From Octopus vulgaris (lineage: Eukaryota), in the NCBI GenBank assembly GCA_951406725.2, contig OX597816.1, positions 50,902,001 to 50,966,000 of the forward strand: a stretch of 64,000 bases of DNA, given 5' to 3'. This document shows positions 1 to 15,339 of the stretch, one piece after another (within the stretch, counting starts at the first letter, position 1; the number at the start of each line of letters is the position of its first letter). Below the pieces are notes generated by a model. It was not told the origin of the DNA and ran no database searches. It saw only the letters and a program-made list of their open reading frames with translations. The translations under genes and the position numbers were made by a program.

Positions 1-427
1 ACAGTTTCTGAATCTGTAAATAACGATCATTACATCATGGTAAAAGAAATCTTCCGCGACATTTGAAGGCAGCATGATCAGTAAAGCTCCACAGTTGCAA
101 TATTTATTTTCTTTGATCTTAGTTATAAGTAAAATTTCGGATGGGTTATCGATTTTTCTTTACCTGTTTCTGAAGTTGATGTGATTACTATATATTAGCT
201 GAGGCCAATTCAATTGATTGAAGCACTCCCTTAAAAAATTTCGTAACTTCACAATACTCGAGATTCAACTCAAACTGTAGTATTTAGTTTTATACTTCAC
301 AAATTCTTGTCAAATTTTCATTTAATATACATTGAACTTCGCGCGTTTAATATCAGTAAAATAAGAGCCATTATTATAACTATGATTCTCCTCTAAAATA
401 ATTATATTTATAGCTAATAAAATTGCG

Positions 428-600
428 TGGAGGCGCGTGGCTTACTGGTTAGGGTGTTAAATTCATGATCGTAAGATTGTGGTTCCTGGACCGGGCGATT
501 CGTTGTGTTCTTGAGCAAAACACTTAATATGTCCAGGTAGGAAATATATACGCCACTGAAACCGTGAAACCGGCCCTTATGAGCCTGGTAGAGCTCGAGA
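428..600 (+). mobile_element. Degenerate tRNA-derived SINE
   Basis: Starts GTGGAGGCGCGTGGCTTACTGGTTAGGG (A-box-like) and continues GACCGGGCG...GTGTTCTTGAGCAAAACACTT, similar to the SINE heads at 61025 and 61781. Confidence 0.7.
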
Positions 601-792
601 AGGAACATTTAGTTTTAAATTAAATTGATGTTATCTGTCTATCGCAACATGTGTGTAACTATTACAAATTATTGAGCAGAAACCCGTTCCTTATCAATAA
701 TAACATCAGCAAAAGTGTATTTCAACACTAGGCAAATATTCTTTTAAAAAAACTTTCCTTTAATTTTTCCAAATATTAATTGGTTTCCATAG

Positions 793-834
793 TTACAGTT
801 GGTAAAGTCTCAATGACTGGAACCGGTACTGAAA
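793..834 (+). ncRNA. Decayed type I hammerhead ribozyme
   Basis: ttacag-TTGGTAA-agtc[tcaat]gact-GGAA-ccgg-TA-ctgaaa. Stem I, stem II, palindromic stem III and a GUA site are all in register, but the core has 3 changes from CTGATGA and GAAA reads GGAA. Confidence 0.5.
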
Positions 835-877
835 TGTTTTTATAGAATTATTTTAGCATTTTCTACCTTGATTTTTT

Positions 878-937
<60 letters not shown>

Positions 938-1039
938 ATAGAAATGGTAAGACAAAAAAAGAACGAAAGAAACCTCGATATTATGTAAATAGAGGAATTT
1001 ATCTGTAAATGTATTATGTGACAATTATTCGGTAGCCAT

Positions 1040-1100
1040 GATAAAACTTCGAGTTTCGGATGTCGGGATAGAAATCCACGTCGCCATCTCTTCAGATATC
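1040..1100 (-). ncRNA. Hammerhead ribozyme with extended stem II, partly decayed
   Basis: Minus strand reads gatat-CTGAAGA-gatggcg...cgacatcc-GAAA-ct[cga]ag-TT-ttatc. Both core boxes are intact; stems I and II have mismatches next to the core. Confidence 0.55.
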
Positions 1101-1111
1101 CGTCCGGCCGG

Positions 1112-1154
<43 letters not shown>

Positions 1155-1289
1155 GAGGGCATTATACATACATGCCAGAGGCATTATACATACATGCCAC
1201 ACGCTAAGAGGGACAATTAGTCATTTCTACCAAAAATATTACTAATCCCACCGAATGCAATTTTTCAAAGTAAGACATTTAAAAAATAT

Positions 1290-1337
1290 AGACCTGTATC
1301 ACAGTGATTTCATACTTACGTATTCATCAGCAGGCCT
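1290..1337 (-). ncRNA. Type I hammerhead ribozyme (inverted copy of 1848-1895)
   Basis: Reverse complement of the 1848-1895 motif, inside the left arm of the inverted repeat. Confidence 0.85.
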
Positions 1338-1847
1338 GGATGTATCATACATAAACGACCCTGCCTCGCTTAAGCCGATCAGCTAACTGATCAACATCAA
1401 CGAAGCACATGGGTGAGTTTACATATATTACATCCGGTGAATGGCAGACTTTTACGAATTGCATTTCGGGAAGGAAAGTTTTTTCGGAATAAAAATTTAG
1501 CAATTAAGGACAACTACTTAATAAGGAAAACTTAACAAGAAGTTGTCAGGTAGATAGCCTGACATTAATATGTTCAATAAGAAATAATTATTTTCGAAAT
1601 TTTTTTCTCTTATGAGGTTTTCACGCTATCTACCTGACAATTTCTTGTTAAGTTTTCCTTATTAAGTAGTTGTCCTTAATTGCTAAATTTTTATTCCGAA
1701 AAAACCTTTCCTTTCCCGAAATGCAATTCGTAAAAGTCTGCCATTCACCGGATGTAATATATGTAAACTCACCCATGTGCTTCGCTGATGTTGATCAGTT
1801 AGCTGATCGGCTTAAGCGAGGCAGGGTCGTTTATGTATGATACATCC

Positions 1848-1895
1848 AGGCCTGCTGATGAATACGTAAGTATGAAATCACTGTGATACAGGTCT
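1848..1895 (+). ncRNA. Minimal type I hammerhead ribozyme
   Basis: aggcctg-CTGATGA-atac[GTAA]gtat-GAAA-tcac[t]gtga-TA-caggtct. Stem I is 7 bp, the core is complete, stem II is 4 bp with a GNRA loop, stem III is near-palindromic, and the cleavage triplet is AUA (cut after 1888). Confidence 0.88.
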
Positions 1896-2159
1896 ATATT
1901 TTTAAATGTCTTACTTTGAAAAATTGCATTCGGTGGGATTAGTAATATTTTTGGTAGAAATGACTAATTGTCCCTCTTAGCGTGTGGCATGTATGTATAA
2001 TGCCATCTGGCATGTATGTATAATGCCCTCTATATATAAATTAATATGTTCAATAAGAAATAATTATTTTCGAATTTTTTTTTCTCTTATGAGGTTTTCA
2101 CGCTATCTACCTGACAACTTCTTGTTAAGTTTTCCTTATTAAGTAGTTGTCCTTAATTG

Positions 2160-2209
<50 letters not shown>

Positions 2210-2589
2210 TTACACAATAATTATAACGATATAGATTATAGGAATTTGTTAATCTTCAAAATTTATTTCCTTTTGATATCGTTATAATTATCGCTAATAT
2301 TCTCTCCAGATAATACTACCATCCAAAGACAGAGAAGCGTACAAGGAATTACTCGTCTCAGGAATTTGCAGCGTGACCGAGGATATATTTTAGATACTAA
2401 TCGATGCGGTTAACCGTTACATGTAACAAAACTGAGAGCCACCGCGGTAAGAACCTGGATAAAATATCCCTCCAAACTCACATGCCTGTGTACATATATG
2501 CATGTATATAAGCAAATGTTTGTACATATGTATATATACTTATGTTAAGCGAGTCCCAGCTCAGTGAGCAATCCGACATTATTCCTAAT

Positions 2590-2740
2590 GAGAAAGGTAT
2601 TCCTTTGCAGTGTTACGGGTCCACAACTTATTGGACTCGAGAAATATGAAGTGAAGTATTTTGCCGAAGAACACAACTCGCCGCTAGTTCCAAGAATTGA
2701 ACACACGATGTTGTAATCATGCGAGCAGTTGACCACGCGA
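2590..2740 (-). mobile_element. Degenerate tRNA-derived SINE
   Basis: Minus strand has GTTCAATTC (B-box-like) followed by GTTGTGTTCTTCGGCAAAATACTT, resembling the 428-600 family. Confidence 0.55.
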
Positions 2741-4164
2741 TGTGTGTGCGTATAATTCTGGTTGAATATAGAAGTAGTGCCGTTGTATTTTCCAAGGTTC
2801 TAAACATTTAAATGTTACGAAGTTATATAAATTTCAACACAATTTCAGATCTCAATGCCTCAAATGCATGATTACACGAACTGACTTCCTTTGCAACTTT
2901 TTCCGTCCACAAATTAATTCTGCAATGAGAAAGAACATTTTGGGAAAATATAAAACGTAACCATCTGTTCAGTTAATTGGATGATTCATGGAGAGTTTTG
3001 AATCATTTGAAGAATTTAATTTAATGTGTTTAGTAATGCAAAATTAAGAATTCCCTTTTCGTGCTTTTTTAAAAACAATTCTTTATATTCTTCCAGTGAA
3101 TTGTATTTTGCTCGTAATTTGTTCACTATACCAACGGTTGCTAGGTCAATCAGTCTTTATTGTGTCATCGTGCTCTTCCATGAACACTGGAACCGTCGCT
3201 GATGAAAAATCTTTCAAATTATTATAGTAGAACGATCATAATGGAAAATCATCATAATGGAAAAGATAATCATTTAACTTGAATATTTGTATTGTTTAGA
3301 AACTGATGTACCTCCAAAATCTCACACATGTATTCTGAGAATTTATCTTGTTATTTTGCGTTAATATTTTCCCTGAAATGCTGGAATCTTTTCAATACTG
3401 TCAGAATACAAAATATTGTCTTCATTGTTAAAATACTGTCAACCTTTATCGAAGGAACCACGAGTAATGAAACATCTCACTAGTATTTAAATGAAGACGT
3501 ATAAGAGCAAAAAGTAAAATATTCGAAACATTATACTCTAACTCCTCATTATTTTCAGTTGTAATAAATATTGTCTGTTTCAGTTCCAGTTTTATATGTG
3601 TTGGAAACCGATATTGATGTTTTTCAGCAGCCTATTTCCCTCAATTTCATGTAGCGTGCCTAGAGATTTTGAGTGCAAGATCAGATAAGAGACCTTGACA
3701 GACACCGTGGCTCTAATCACTTGTACTGATCTGCTTGAAAACCGCTATATTCCTTAAACTACAAAACCAGATTCCGCCGTAATTCCTCACAGCATGAATT
3801 TCACAAAGAATATTCTACCTGATGCCACGACACACGTTCCTTTATGACCAGTAATTCCATCAACATAATCTAATATATGACTATATTTTCTAATCGGTCT
3901 CTATAATGAATACAAATAAAGTGGACAGATTAAACCACAAAAGTAGTGGGCGAAAGATTGGCCTAAAACAAATTACAATAATCTCTAATCCCCCGCTGAG
4001 AAAACGTACTGTACACGCGCAATATGAAATCGAATCTATGTTTACAGATATATGGCAAACAAAAGCAAAACGGAGAATACGGCCACAATGTACGAAGAGA
4101 AACTGTGTTGAATGGTACATTCACAACTTTGAATAAAGTGTTAAAAAATGCCTGTATCTGAGTT

Positions 4165-4226
<62 letters not shown>

Positions 4227-5044
4227 CTTGGAAGTGAATGCTAGGCGTTCGATCATATAATAACAAAATAATATATAAACATATGCATATATACATACAT
4301 ATATGTACATACCTACATCTATATGTATATATACATGCATTAATGGGTACAGGACAACAAAAAAACGTTGAACATAACGAGGAACAAAGACATAAAACAA
4401 AAACATGGAAACGAACTTTTTTTCAAACAACGGAAAAACAGAGTACAGGACTTACAACACAAGGTATATTCCCCTACTTCAGTTGTCCTTGTTTCGGCTA
4501 CTCGCATTTCTCATTGTGTTCAACGTTTTTTTGTGTCCTGTGCCCATATATGCATGTATATATAGATGTAGGTATGTACATATATGTATATATATATGCA
4601 TACGTTTATATATTATTTTTTTATTATATATATATATATATGTTTGTGTGTGTGTATGTATATCTATGCATATATATATATGTATAAATATATGTGAGTG
4701 TGTGTATGTGTGAGTGTAATGATGTGTGGTTTCGCGTACACGCGCAAACAGATGGAAAAGTGATAAGTTTTATAGATGTTATTACACTTTCATTCTAAAA
4801 ATATATCTATGTTCTATAAATGTGCGGAAAGTATATATATCTTCAGGAAACTAATTCAAACACCTTAGAGTGCGAATCTGCAGGTAGCAAGAAAGAAAAT
4901 CAGGTAAAAATGGCAACGTATTTTATAAGCAAATAATAAATAAAAAACTTATGTACTCTCGCACATCAACTTACACACATAAACACGCATACATCACAAG
5001 CAATGTTCTTGTTTATGCTAGAATGTTGTATCTCTCTTCCCTCT

Positions 5045-5260
5045 AATATTGGCTTCAAATTTAGGCACAAGACCAGTGATTTCGGACGAGGGGGAATCGA
5101 TTACATCGACCCCGCACTCAATTGGTCCTTATTTTATCGACCGCGAAATAATCAAAGGCAAAGTAGACATGAGCGTAATTAGAACTCAGAAGGTACAGAT
5201 TGACGAAATTCCACCAAGCATTTTATCCGGCGCGGTAACAATTCTGCTAGCACACTGGCC
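5045..5260 (-). mobile_element. Abundant SINE family A, minus copy
   Basis: Reverse complement of the 5440/12670 consensus (GAGTTCTAAT B-box-like, GGGGTCGATGTAATCGA). Confidence 0.75.
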
Positions 5261-5439
5261 TATATTCAGAGCGAATTCAGTTAACCATTTTGCCCAGCAT
5301 GTTAATGATTCTGTGAGCTCGCTGCTTTACAATACGATCTAATATTGATTTAAATTTTGGTTAAAAGGCCCGCATCATTTTGCCAACACTTGAAACCAAT
5401 ATTCTGCCGAATGAAATGCTTAGCGGCATTTCGCTTGTC

Positions 5440-5835
5440 GGCGAGCTGGCAGAAACGTTAGCGCGCCGGACGAAATGCTGAGCGGTATTTCGTCTGCCGC
5501 TACGTTCTGAGTTCAAATTCCGCCGAGGTCGACTTTGCCTTTCATTCTTTCGGGGTCCATAAATTAAGTACCAGTTACGCACTGGGGTCGATGTAATCGA
5601 CTTAATACCTATGTCTGTCCTTGTTTGTCCCCTCTGTGTTTAGCCCCTTGTGGGTAATAAAGAAATAGGTATTTCGCTTGTCTTTATGTCCTGAGATCTA
5701 ATTCCATCAAGATTGATTCGCATTTTATTCTCTCGTGGCCGATAAATTATTTACCAGTTGAACATCGGGGTCAATGTAATCGACATACCACTCCCCCCAA
5801 ATTGCTGGCCTCGTACCAAAAATTGAGACCAGTAT
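5440..5835 (+). mobile_element. Abundant SINE family A, tandem dimer
   Basis: GGCGAGCTGGCAGAAACGTTAGCGCGCCGG...GAGTTCAAATTCCGCCGAGGTCGACTTTGCC...GGGGTCGATGTAATCGAC, followed by a second degraded unit. More than 10 related copies occur in the window. Confidence 0.85.
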
Positions 5836-6479
5836 TACGCAACTATTAATCACATAATTACGTCGGCAAGAGCACAAGCGCGAGCATGCAAGGACCCGCG
5901 CAATGAACTCATGATGATAACACCACTCACCGTATAAAATACAAAACCACATCTATAAACACATTGCTGTTAGAAAAAATTGACACATTTCAACATTCCA
6001 TAAATTCATATGCGCACACACACTCTCAAACACGTACACAGGCAAGTGACACATTTTTCATAACATAATGAAGTCACCGACCAGCAAGAACATGAATACA
6101 CATACAAACTAACTACACAATATCACATACAGTTTGCACCGAAACCCACGACTCATGAATTTACATACAACTGATACATACAAACATACAAACTGTGACA
6201 TTCCCACACAAACATACGTCTCTCATCAAGTTCACATGTTCGCAGAATAATTTGCTACATCAAGTCACTAATCGAGAATCATGTACACAAAAACATTTTA
6301 CAGATTCACTCACGATATAATATTTCTCATGAAAGACTAGAGCTGTTACATTTACAGAGGAGGTAGACCAACTGTTTAGAAGCTATGCAGAAAGTCATAA
6401 TAGTGAACGAAGTTTCTTTCTAATTTTTGCAAAATTAACGCAGGATTATATCTCCTGCAGTAGGTTTTGGTAAGTTTGA

Positions 6480-7533
6480 AGGACGAGCGGTCATAAATTT
6501 CTCATAAATTTCCTCTTTTTACAAGGGAACGGGCGAAATGCATGCCCAGATGAAGGAAGTCATGAACGATGGCTACCCATCCTACTCCACTGAAAAAATC
6601 TGGATGTGATGGTTTCGGAGGGTCGGCCTGAGGTCACAGATGAACCCAAGTCAGAAGGGCCAACTTACGCGGCCACAGTGGGCAAAGTCGATGCTGTGCA
6701 CGTAATGATTTGCACATACCTGAGACTCTGGAGATTTCCCGAGAAAGGGTAGGCCATATCATCCACAACCTTCTGGACATGAGAAAGATTTCCGCAAATT
6801 TGGTGCCGAAATGCATGAACGCAGATCAGAAGTGCATCTAAGTGACGACATGAAAGGTGATTTTGGTGCAGTTTACTGCGGAAAAGGCTGATTTTGTGGC
6901 TGGTTTATTCGCCTTGCATGGAATTTGATTTCATCATTATGATCCTCAAACCAAACCGCAATCAGTGGAGTGGTGTCACAGCGGTTCACCACGTCCCAAG
7001 AAGCTTCAAATCCAGAAATCAGTTGGAAATTTTCAAGGAAAAATATTGAGTATTCCTCCTAACATATCTGCCAAGGATCCGCACCATCAACGCAGAACAC
7101 TACAGGTCTTTGTTGGACGAATTGTGTGAAGCTTTGAAGTAGAAAGCTGAACCGTGATTTCCCTGCTTTTGCCGGACAAGGAACCAGCGAGCAAAGAACA
7201 TGAAAATTTTAGGACAATACACGACTTTGCCTTGGAATTGGTAGACCATTCACCTTACTCTCCTGACTAGTTTCCTTCTGAATATTACCTCTACAACTGA
7301 AGAATTATCTTAAGAGAACGAAATTCCACACCGATTAAGAAGTGATCGCTGCTGCAGAGGCCTGGCTAGAGGCCCAACATTGCGAGTGCATTTTACAAGG
7401 CTTAGAAAAATTGAAGGATTGCAGCAATAATCTGTGAATCTGAGAGGGGAATATATTGAATAAAATCATGATTAACTGATCCTCCTGTATTTACTTTCAC
7501 TTAGAACCAGGGAATTTTCAGCAGTCGCTCCTA
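6480..7533 (+). mobile_element. Decayed mariner DNA transposon
   Basis: Translated pieces read RKISANLVPK (WVPK motif), HHYDPQTKPQSVEW, TINAEHY, DHSPYSPD* (YSPDL motif) and RGEYIE*, with many stops and frameshifts. The 3' TIR-like ACCAGGGAATTTTCAGCAG...TA resembles the MITE ends at 23771-23965. Confidence 0.9.
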
Positions 7534-8255
7534 CAGGCATATTTCACACTTGCACACGCGTACGGGCACACACACACACACGTTCAAATGCACCCACGCA
7601 CATAGACTCGTACATAAAAAAGATATGCACAAACATATAAGAAATAAACACAGCAACGTTTTACCACCTTCCTCATACACTTATGTATATAAGCAGTCAC
7701 AAACAAGCACGCAAGACTGACACTGATCCTTCCATTCACTTTACTGTTTTAAAACATAACAATAGGCTCACTTTTAAAATTCTGTTTGGTCAATAGCCAA
7801 AATGATAACAAATGCACGGTCGTTTTCACGTACATTGTACTTATAAAGTTCGTTATTTCTCTTCATCTTCCTTCTCCCAAATAAAACATTCTTTATATAG
7901 CAATTTCCATTGTTGTAGTCAGCGACGTAATATCAATGATTACATGAAAGGTATTCATGTAATTAAGTGTTTTTATGTCTTGAATTTTGTTTATTTTCCT
8001 TCGCTATATAAATAGTATACGCATTGATACTTAAACCTATAAACGTACGCACACGTAAATACATGCATATAAATTTGTATCTACACACAGACACAGGCGT
8101 AGAATCTATGCCGAAGAAATTCTAGAAACCCAACAGGCTTGTACACTTAATACAGAGAAACAAACGATAACTATAAATCGTGGCCAAAAATGTACCTTAA
8201 CCATAGCACACAATTACACATTCACAGAACGGTGTCAAATAACAAACAAATTTAC

Positions 8256-8346
8256 CCTTCCTTTTAAACACACTACCAACATGCTGCACAAAGGCATCGT
8301 AGTATTCTCTTGAAACTCTTCTTTTCATTGACATCCGATCCGCCAT
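8256..8346 (-). CDS. Possible short coding exon of an unidentified gene (MADRMSMKRRVSREYYDAFVQHVGSVFKRK)
   Basis: ATGG start, 30 open codons plus 1 nt, then GG|GTAAAT donor, in unique sequence. No homology recognised. Confidence 0.25.
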
Positions 8347-9722
8347 ACGTTTATAATGCAACTAAACTTTCTTCATTCAGCTTATTGTAAATATTATCAA
8401 TCCGGCTCGTCCACTCCTCATAGACTCCACTCTTTTTAACGGAAACGATTTTTACACAAACAATATTTTCGAAATATATTAAAGAAATATATAAACTATA
8501 TTGGAAAATTAAATTTCTAATTTGAGAAAATGTAAATTATTTCAAAGTCTTGAAGAGAAATCCCAAAATCAACGAGTAAGTGTGAATAATGTAGATTTGC
8601 CTCGAAGATTTAATGGAGGAGGCCAGTCACGGAAACAATAATGAAAATATGATTCATTCAGATTTTTATATAAAGGGTCTGATCACATTTACATTCTCGA
8701 AACATATTTTAAGTACGTTGTTCGTCACCTCATAGATCAGACACAATGTGTGACATACCATGATTTGATGGCAAATATTTTAAGTTTTGAATGCTTTCGT
8801 CTAAAATCTTCCGATAGTGTTTAGCATCTCCCTAGCTCATTTTTTGTCTGATATGAGAAATTAGAGGGTGGGCGACAGTAAAACTTTTGGAATAATGTCA
8901 GTCAACTGGCGTGAAAATATCAAAAGGCAATTTGTTAGAACCAGAAACATTTTTAATATTTTACATTCTTTAAGCTATGTTCAAATTGTTAAATTCCTTG
9001 ATATCAAATACAAATTGTGGTTCTTATAATCATTTCATTTTGAATACAATAATTACTTCACATAATAAATTTGACAATGGTACATATTTAATGTACAATT
9101 CCGTTAATTTCATTAAATTTTAATATATGTTCATATTTCTCCGAACACTTGATAGCTATTTTGTAATTTGTGATAACGAATTATACAATAATGAATGATT
9201 ATTTTATTTTCATAGTAAAAACATTAAAAAAGGGACATTGCATTTATTAATAATGATTTCTATGTCTGAAACATAGTTTTAGTGATCATCCTTAATTCTG
9301 ACAACCAGCGAATTTCTACTTGCCTGATTTTGTCAATATTAGTTTAGTAGTATTTCAGTATTAGATTCATCTCATATATATCTTTCACGGAATTTATTTC
9401 CGTCGATTGATATCAGTATAGTAACACTTCCGTAAATTGCTCAGTCATTTTTAAACACATTTTCTTATCCCAACAATGTTTTAAATCAGCCAAATTTGCA
9501 TTATTGTATCTGAAAATTAAACTAAGTACTTGTCATTTTCAATTAGTGTAACGAAAAATGAGAAAGTAAATGTTAATTGGAAAAATACATTTTGTTCTCA
9601 GCTTTGAGTTCTATTTGTGCCATAGCCATTTTTCCCCAACTGCACAAACCTTGGCGCAGTTTTCAGCATTGAAGTCCTCTCATCTCGATGCTTTAAGTTT
9701 GCTTAAATAAATTATTATTATT

Positions 9723-11960
<2,238 letters not shown>

Positions 11961-11966
11961 TTATTA

Positions 11967-12118
<152 letters not shown>

Positions 12119-12119
12119 T

Positions 12120-12530
12120 TCGACACGCCTTATGAAACATGCTCCCAAAGAACATGCTTCGCGGTTCAGTCTCACTGCATGTCACATTGAGCAAATGTTC
12201 TGTTCTATAGTCTCGGTCCTCCGAAAGCCTTATGAGTGAATTTGGTAGACATACGTTGAAAGAAGATCGTCTTATATATGTATATATCTATGTGGGTCCC
12301 TCTGTGTTTGTGCTTGACCTCCATCATCGCTTGATAACCTGTATTATTGTGTTTATCTTCCTGCAACATGGCGGTTCCGTAGAAGATAACAGATAGAATA
12401 AGTACCAGACTTATACAAAGAAAAAAAAGTAGCATGTACTTGGATCAATTTGTTCGACTCAAAGCTCATCAAGGCGGTGTCACAACATATCCGCGGTCAA
12501 ATGACTGCAACATGTAAAAAATAAAAGGTA
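12120..12530 (+). mobile_element. SINE family B (internal TA/TG tract), degenerate
   Basis: Body GCGGTTC...GATAGAATAAGTAC...AAGGCGGTG...GTCAAATGACTG is shared with 31010-31290, 41040-41258 and 63220-63548. Confidence 0.75.
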
Positions 12531-12669
12531 AACAAATTTGATGGCCTTAATCGAATTTCTCCGAACCCTGACTCAAAGTAACTACATATCGTTCAGTAAG
12601 ATTTCATCAAATGTATCAGCGGGTTTTGGAGAAACTACCAGCCCTGATTAATACCTTCTAATATTATAA

Positions 12670-12894
12670 GGCGGCGGGCTGGCAGATACGTCAGCGCGCC
12701 GGGTGAAATGCTTAGCGGTATTCCGTCTGTCGTTACGTTCTGAGTTCTAATTTCGCCGAGGACGAATTTGCCTTTCCTCTTTTCGGGGTCGATAAATATC
12801 AGTTTCGCACTGGGGTCGATGTAATCGACTTAATCCCTTTGTATATCCCTGTTTATCCCCTCAATGTTTAGCCACTTGTGGGCAATAAAGAAAT
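12670..12894 (+). mobile_element. SINE family A
   Basis: Full-length match to the 5440 unit. Confidence 0.85.
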
Positions 12895-13349
12895 ATGATA
12901 CCTCCTGATATTAAAAGAACAAGAAAGAAGAAATTTTGTTACTTGATATTTGCATATATATGCTTCTCTCATATTCCTCAATCTCACGTTTTTTTTCAGT
13001 GAGCATAAATGCATTTACGTTACGTGATAATTGACTTATAATGGAGAGTGTAGAATTGTTCGCGAAATTTCAGTGTAGACACGGAAACTATCATTCAGCC
13101 ACTGGGGAATTGATAAAATTTCGTATTTGCACTCAATCATATTAAATATATCTATAACTGTATTTTGCTTTGTGCCTACACATTTAGGTAAAGTGACACA
13201 CAAGATTTTTTTTACACATCATTCTTAATGACTATCACAGCCAAATGAGATTTCACGTGTATATACATATATACACTTACAACTATCAATGACTTAAAAT
13301 TATTCAATCTATTCAAGAAAAAATTTTGTCCAGTGAATTTTGTACGTGG

Positions 13350-13494
<145 letters not shown>

Positions 13495-13799
13495 TTCTTT
13501 ACTTATTTCAGTCATTTGACTGCGGCCATGCTGAAGCACCGAGAGAGAAAGGGGGGAAGAGCAGCGGAAGAATGAGTATGTGATTAAGCAAGTTATGAAG
13601 TTAGAAAAAGACAATCACTGTATAGAAAATCTCTTTCAGTCAAACGGTTTAGTGTTTATTCATAGGAATCGCCAATTATTTTCCAGCCAACGAAGGAGAC
13701 CGATATTCTTCAGGATCATTAATATTGGTAATCCAAGCCATGATGCTCCTATTACTATCCATCCATATATCAGTCGATTTATGACTGTGTATTGGAACT

Positions 13800-14151
13800 G
13801 CTAATGTATTAATCAAATCTGTTTGTGATGTATCCCGATTGTGCCAAGGACATCAAAATTGTTGAGAGACAAAATGAAACGTCACAAGCTACGGAGATTT
13901 GACATAGTCGAGAAACTGAGAGGGAAGTTAGATGCCTTCATGAAAAACAATAGCCAGGCTATTGATAGCAAGTGGATTGCCTCAGGGAGCTTACTTGAGG
14001 GTGCTAATTTTAATGGATATTCTACCATCCATGGGAGCAGTAATACAGAGACAAACGAACTAGACATGCTGACGATATGCTGACTAGATATGACAGCCAG
14101 GGAATCTTACTACGTTGATATTCCACAAAATAAAATTGATACCATACATAC

Positions 14152-14222
<71 letters not shown>

Positions 14223-14960
14223 CAGAAGAAAACGACATGTAAATTAACGCGGGAAACCCCAAGCTTTGCGCTTTCAACCAGCTTGCTTTAACATGCCACA
14301 ACGAGGATAATTAGGACCCAAAGTAGCTGCAATCCGAGAGTGAAAAACTGTGGCTGATAAGAGCAACGACACATTGTTTCGTGCATATATCACCAAGATG
14401 GTGACGCTATGCAGGCAAATGGCCAGATGGATTTTGAAAACTATAAGGACAAAGAGTCAGGAAATCATTTTGGTTCAATGGAAGACATTTGTCCTCAGCT
14501 ATCTGGACTACTGTTCTCAATTCTATCACCCAACAGTGCCAAAATAATAGCGAAGCTTCATACAGTCCAGCGGTGCTACAGCAGGAACATTACACCCAAG
14601 GAACATCTGAGCTACTGGGAAAGACTGAAAGAGTTATGACTCAGCTCAATGAAGCAAATAGAGGCGAGATATGTAGTGATATATATATGGTAAATAAACC
14701 TAGAGCGATTGGAACCAAACGTTGGCAGTAAGAGTTATGCCAAGCCCCGACTAGACGTCAGTGGACTGTTCTTAATTTTCCACCATACCGCCTACAATGA
14801 GGATAATGTATTACAGCAGCTGAAGATTCAAAATATCATATTTGTTGAATAACTTCGCAAACAACTAAGAAAACTACGTGGGATGGAGGTAGACGTTTTC
14901 AAGAAACAACTTGACTTACTGGAGTCCAGGATCCCAGATGAAACTCTATAACTGCAAGAA
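13800..14960 (+). mobile_element. Decayed CR1/L2-group LINE ORF2 (RT and C-terminus), interrupted by (TA)n
   Basis: Translated pieces read VMYPDCAK (YLDFAK-like), SGLPQG (GVPQG), HADD (YADD), WKTFVLSYLDYCSQF and VQRCYSRNI...LSYWERLKEL. Confidence 0.8.
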
Positions 14961-15127
14961 AATAAAAGAATAACGCAATATCATATTCTTTCCTTCAAAA
15001 TGACAAACACAAAAGTAGTCCTTGGAAAGGATATAGCACTGGCGGTGCCCCTGCATGGGCACGGCTTATATGCTAAAACACAAAAGAACAAAGGATTATT
15101 ACACATACACACACACACACATATATA

Positions 15128-15174
<47 letters not shown>

Positions 15175-15339
15175 ATCAATACGGAGCAAATAATTCACGA
15201 AAAATTAATTTGCGAAGACATAATTAAATCTGTTATTATCTAGTGTAACAATTTGTTTAAATAATAGTAACAGAGTCAATTGCTTTTTAGTGAAGTATTT
15301 TTTCTTGTCAATTATTTACTCCGTATTGAAATTATTTTC

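Larger units (their letters stand above)
1144..2161. repeat. Long near-perfect inverted repeat (~415 bp arms, ~66 bp spacer) plus direct duplication; PLE pLTR-like insertion
   Basis: 1144-1558 is the reverse complement of 1625-2040 with only a few differences. 2041-2161 directly repeats ~1566-1684. The block is flanked by (TA)n on both sides and each arm contains a hammerhead. Confidence 0.9.

Noticed and set aside
12556-12634. Short hairpins (also 2218-2290) as possible pre-miRNAs
   Set aside because: The stems are only 13-15 bp with large unpaired interiors, and no recognisable mature miRNA is present.
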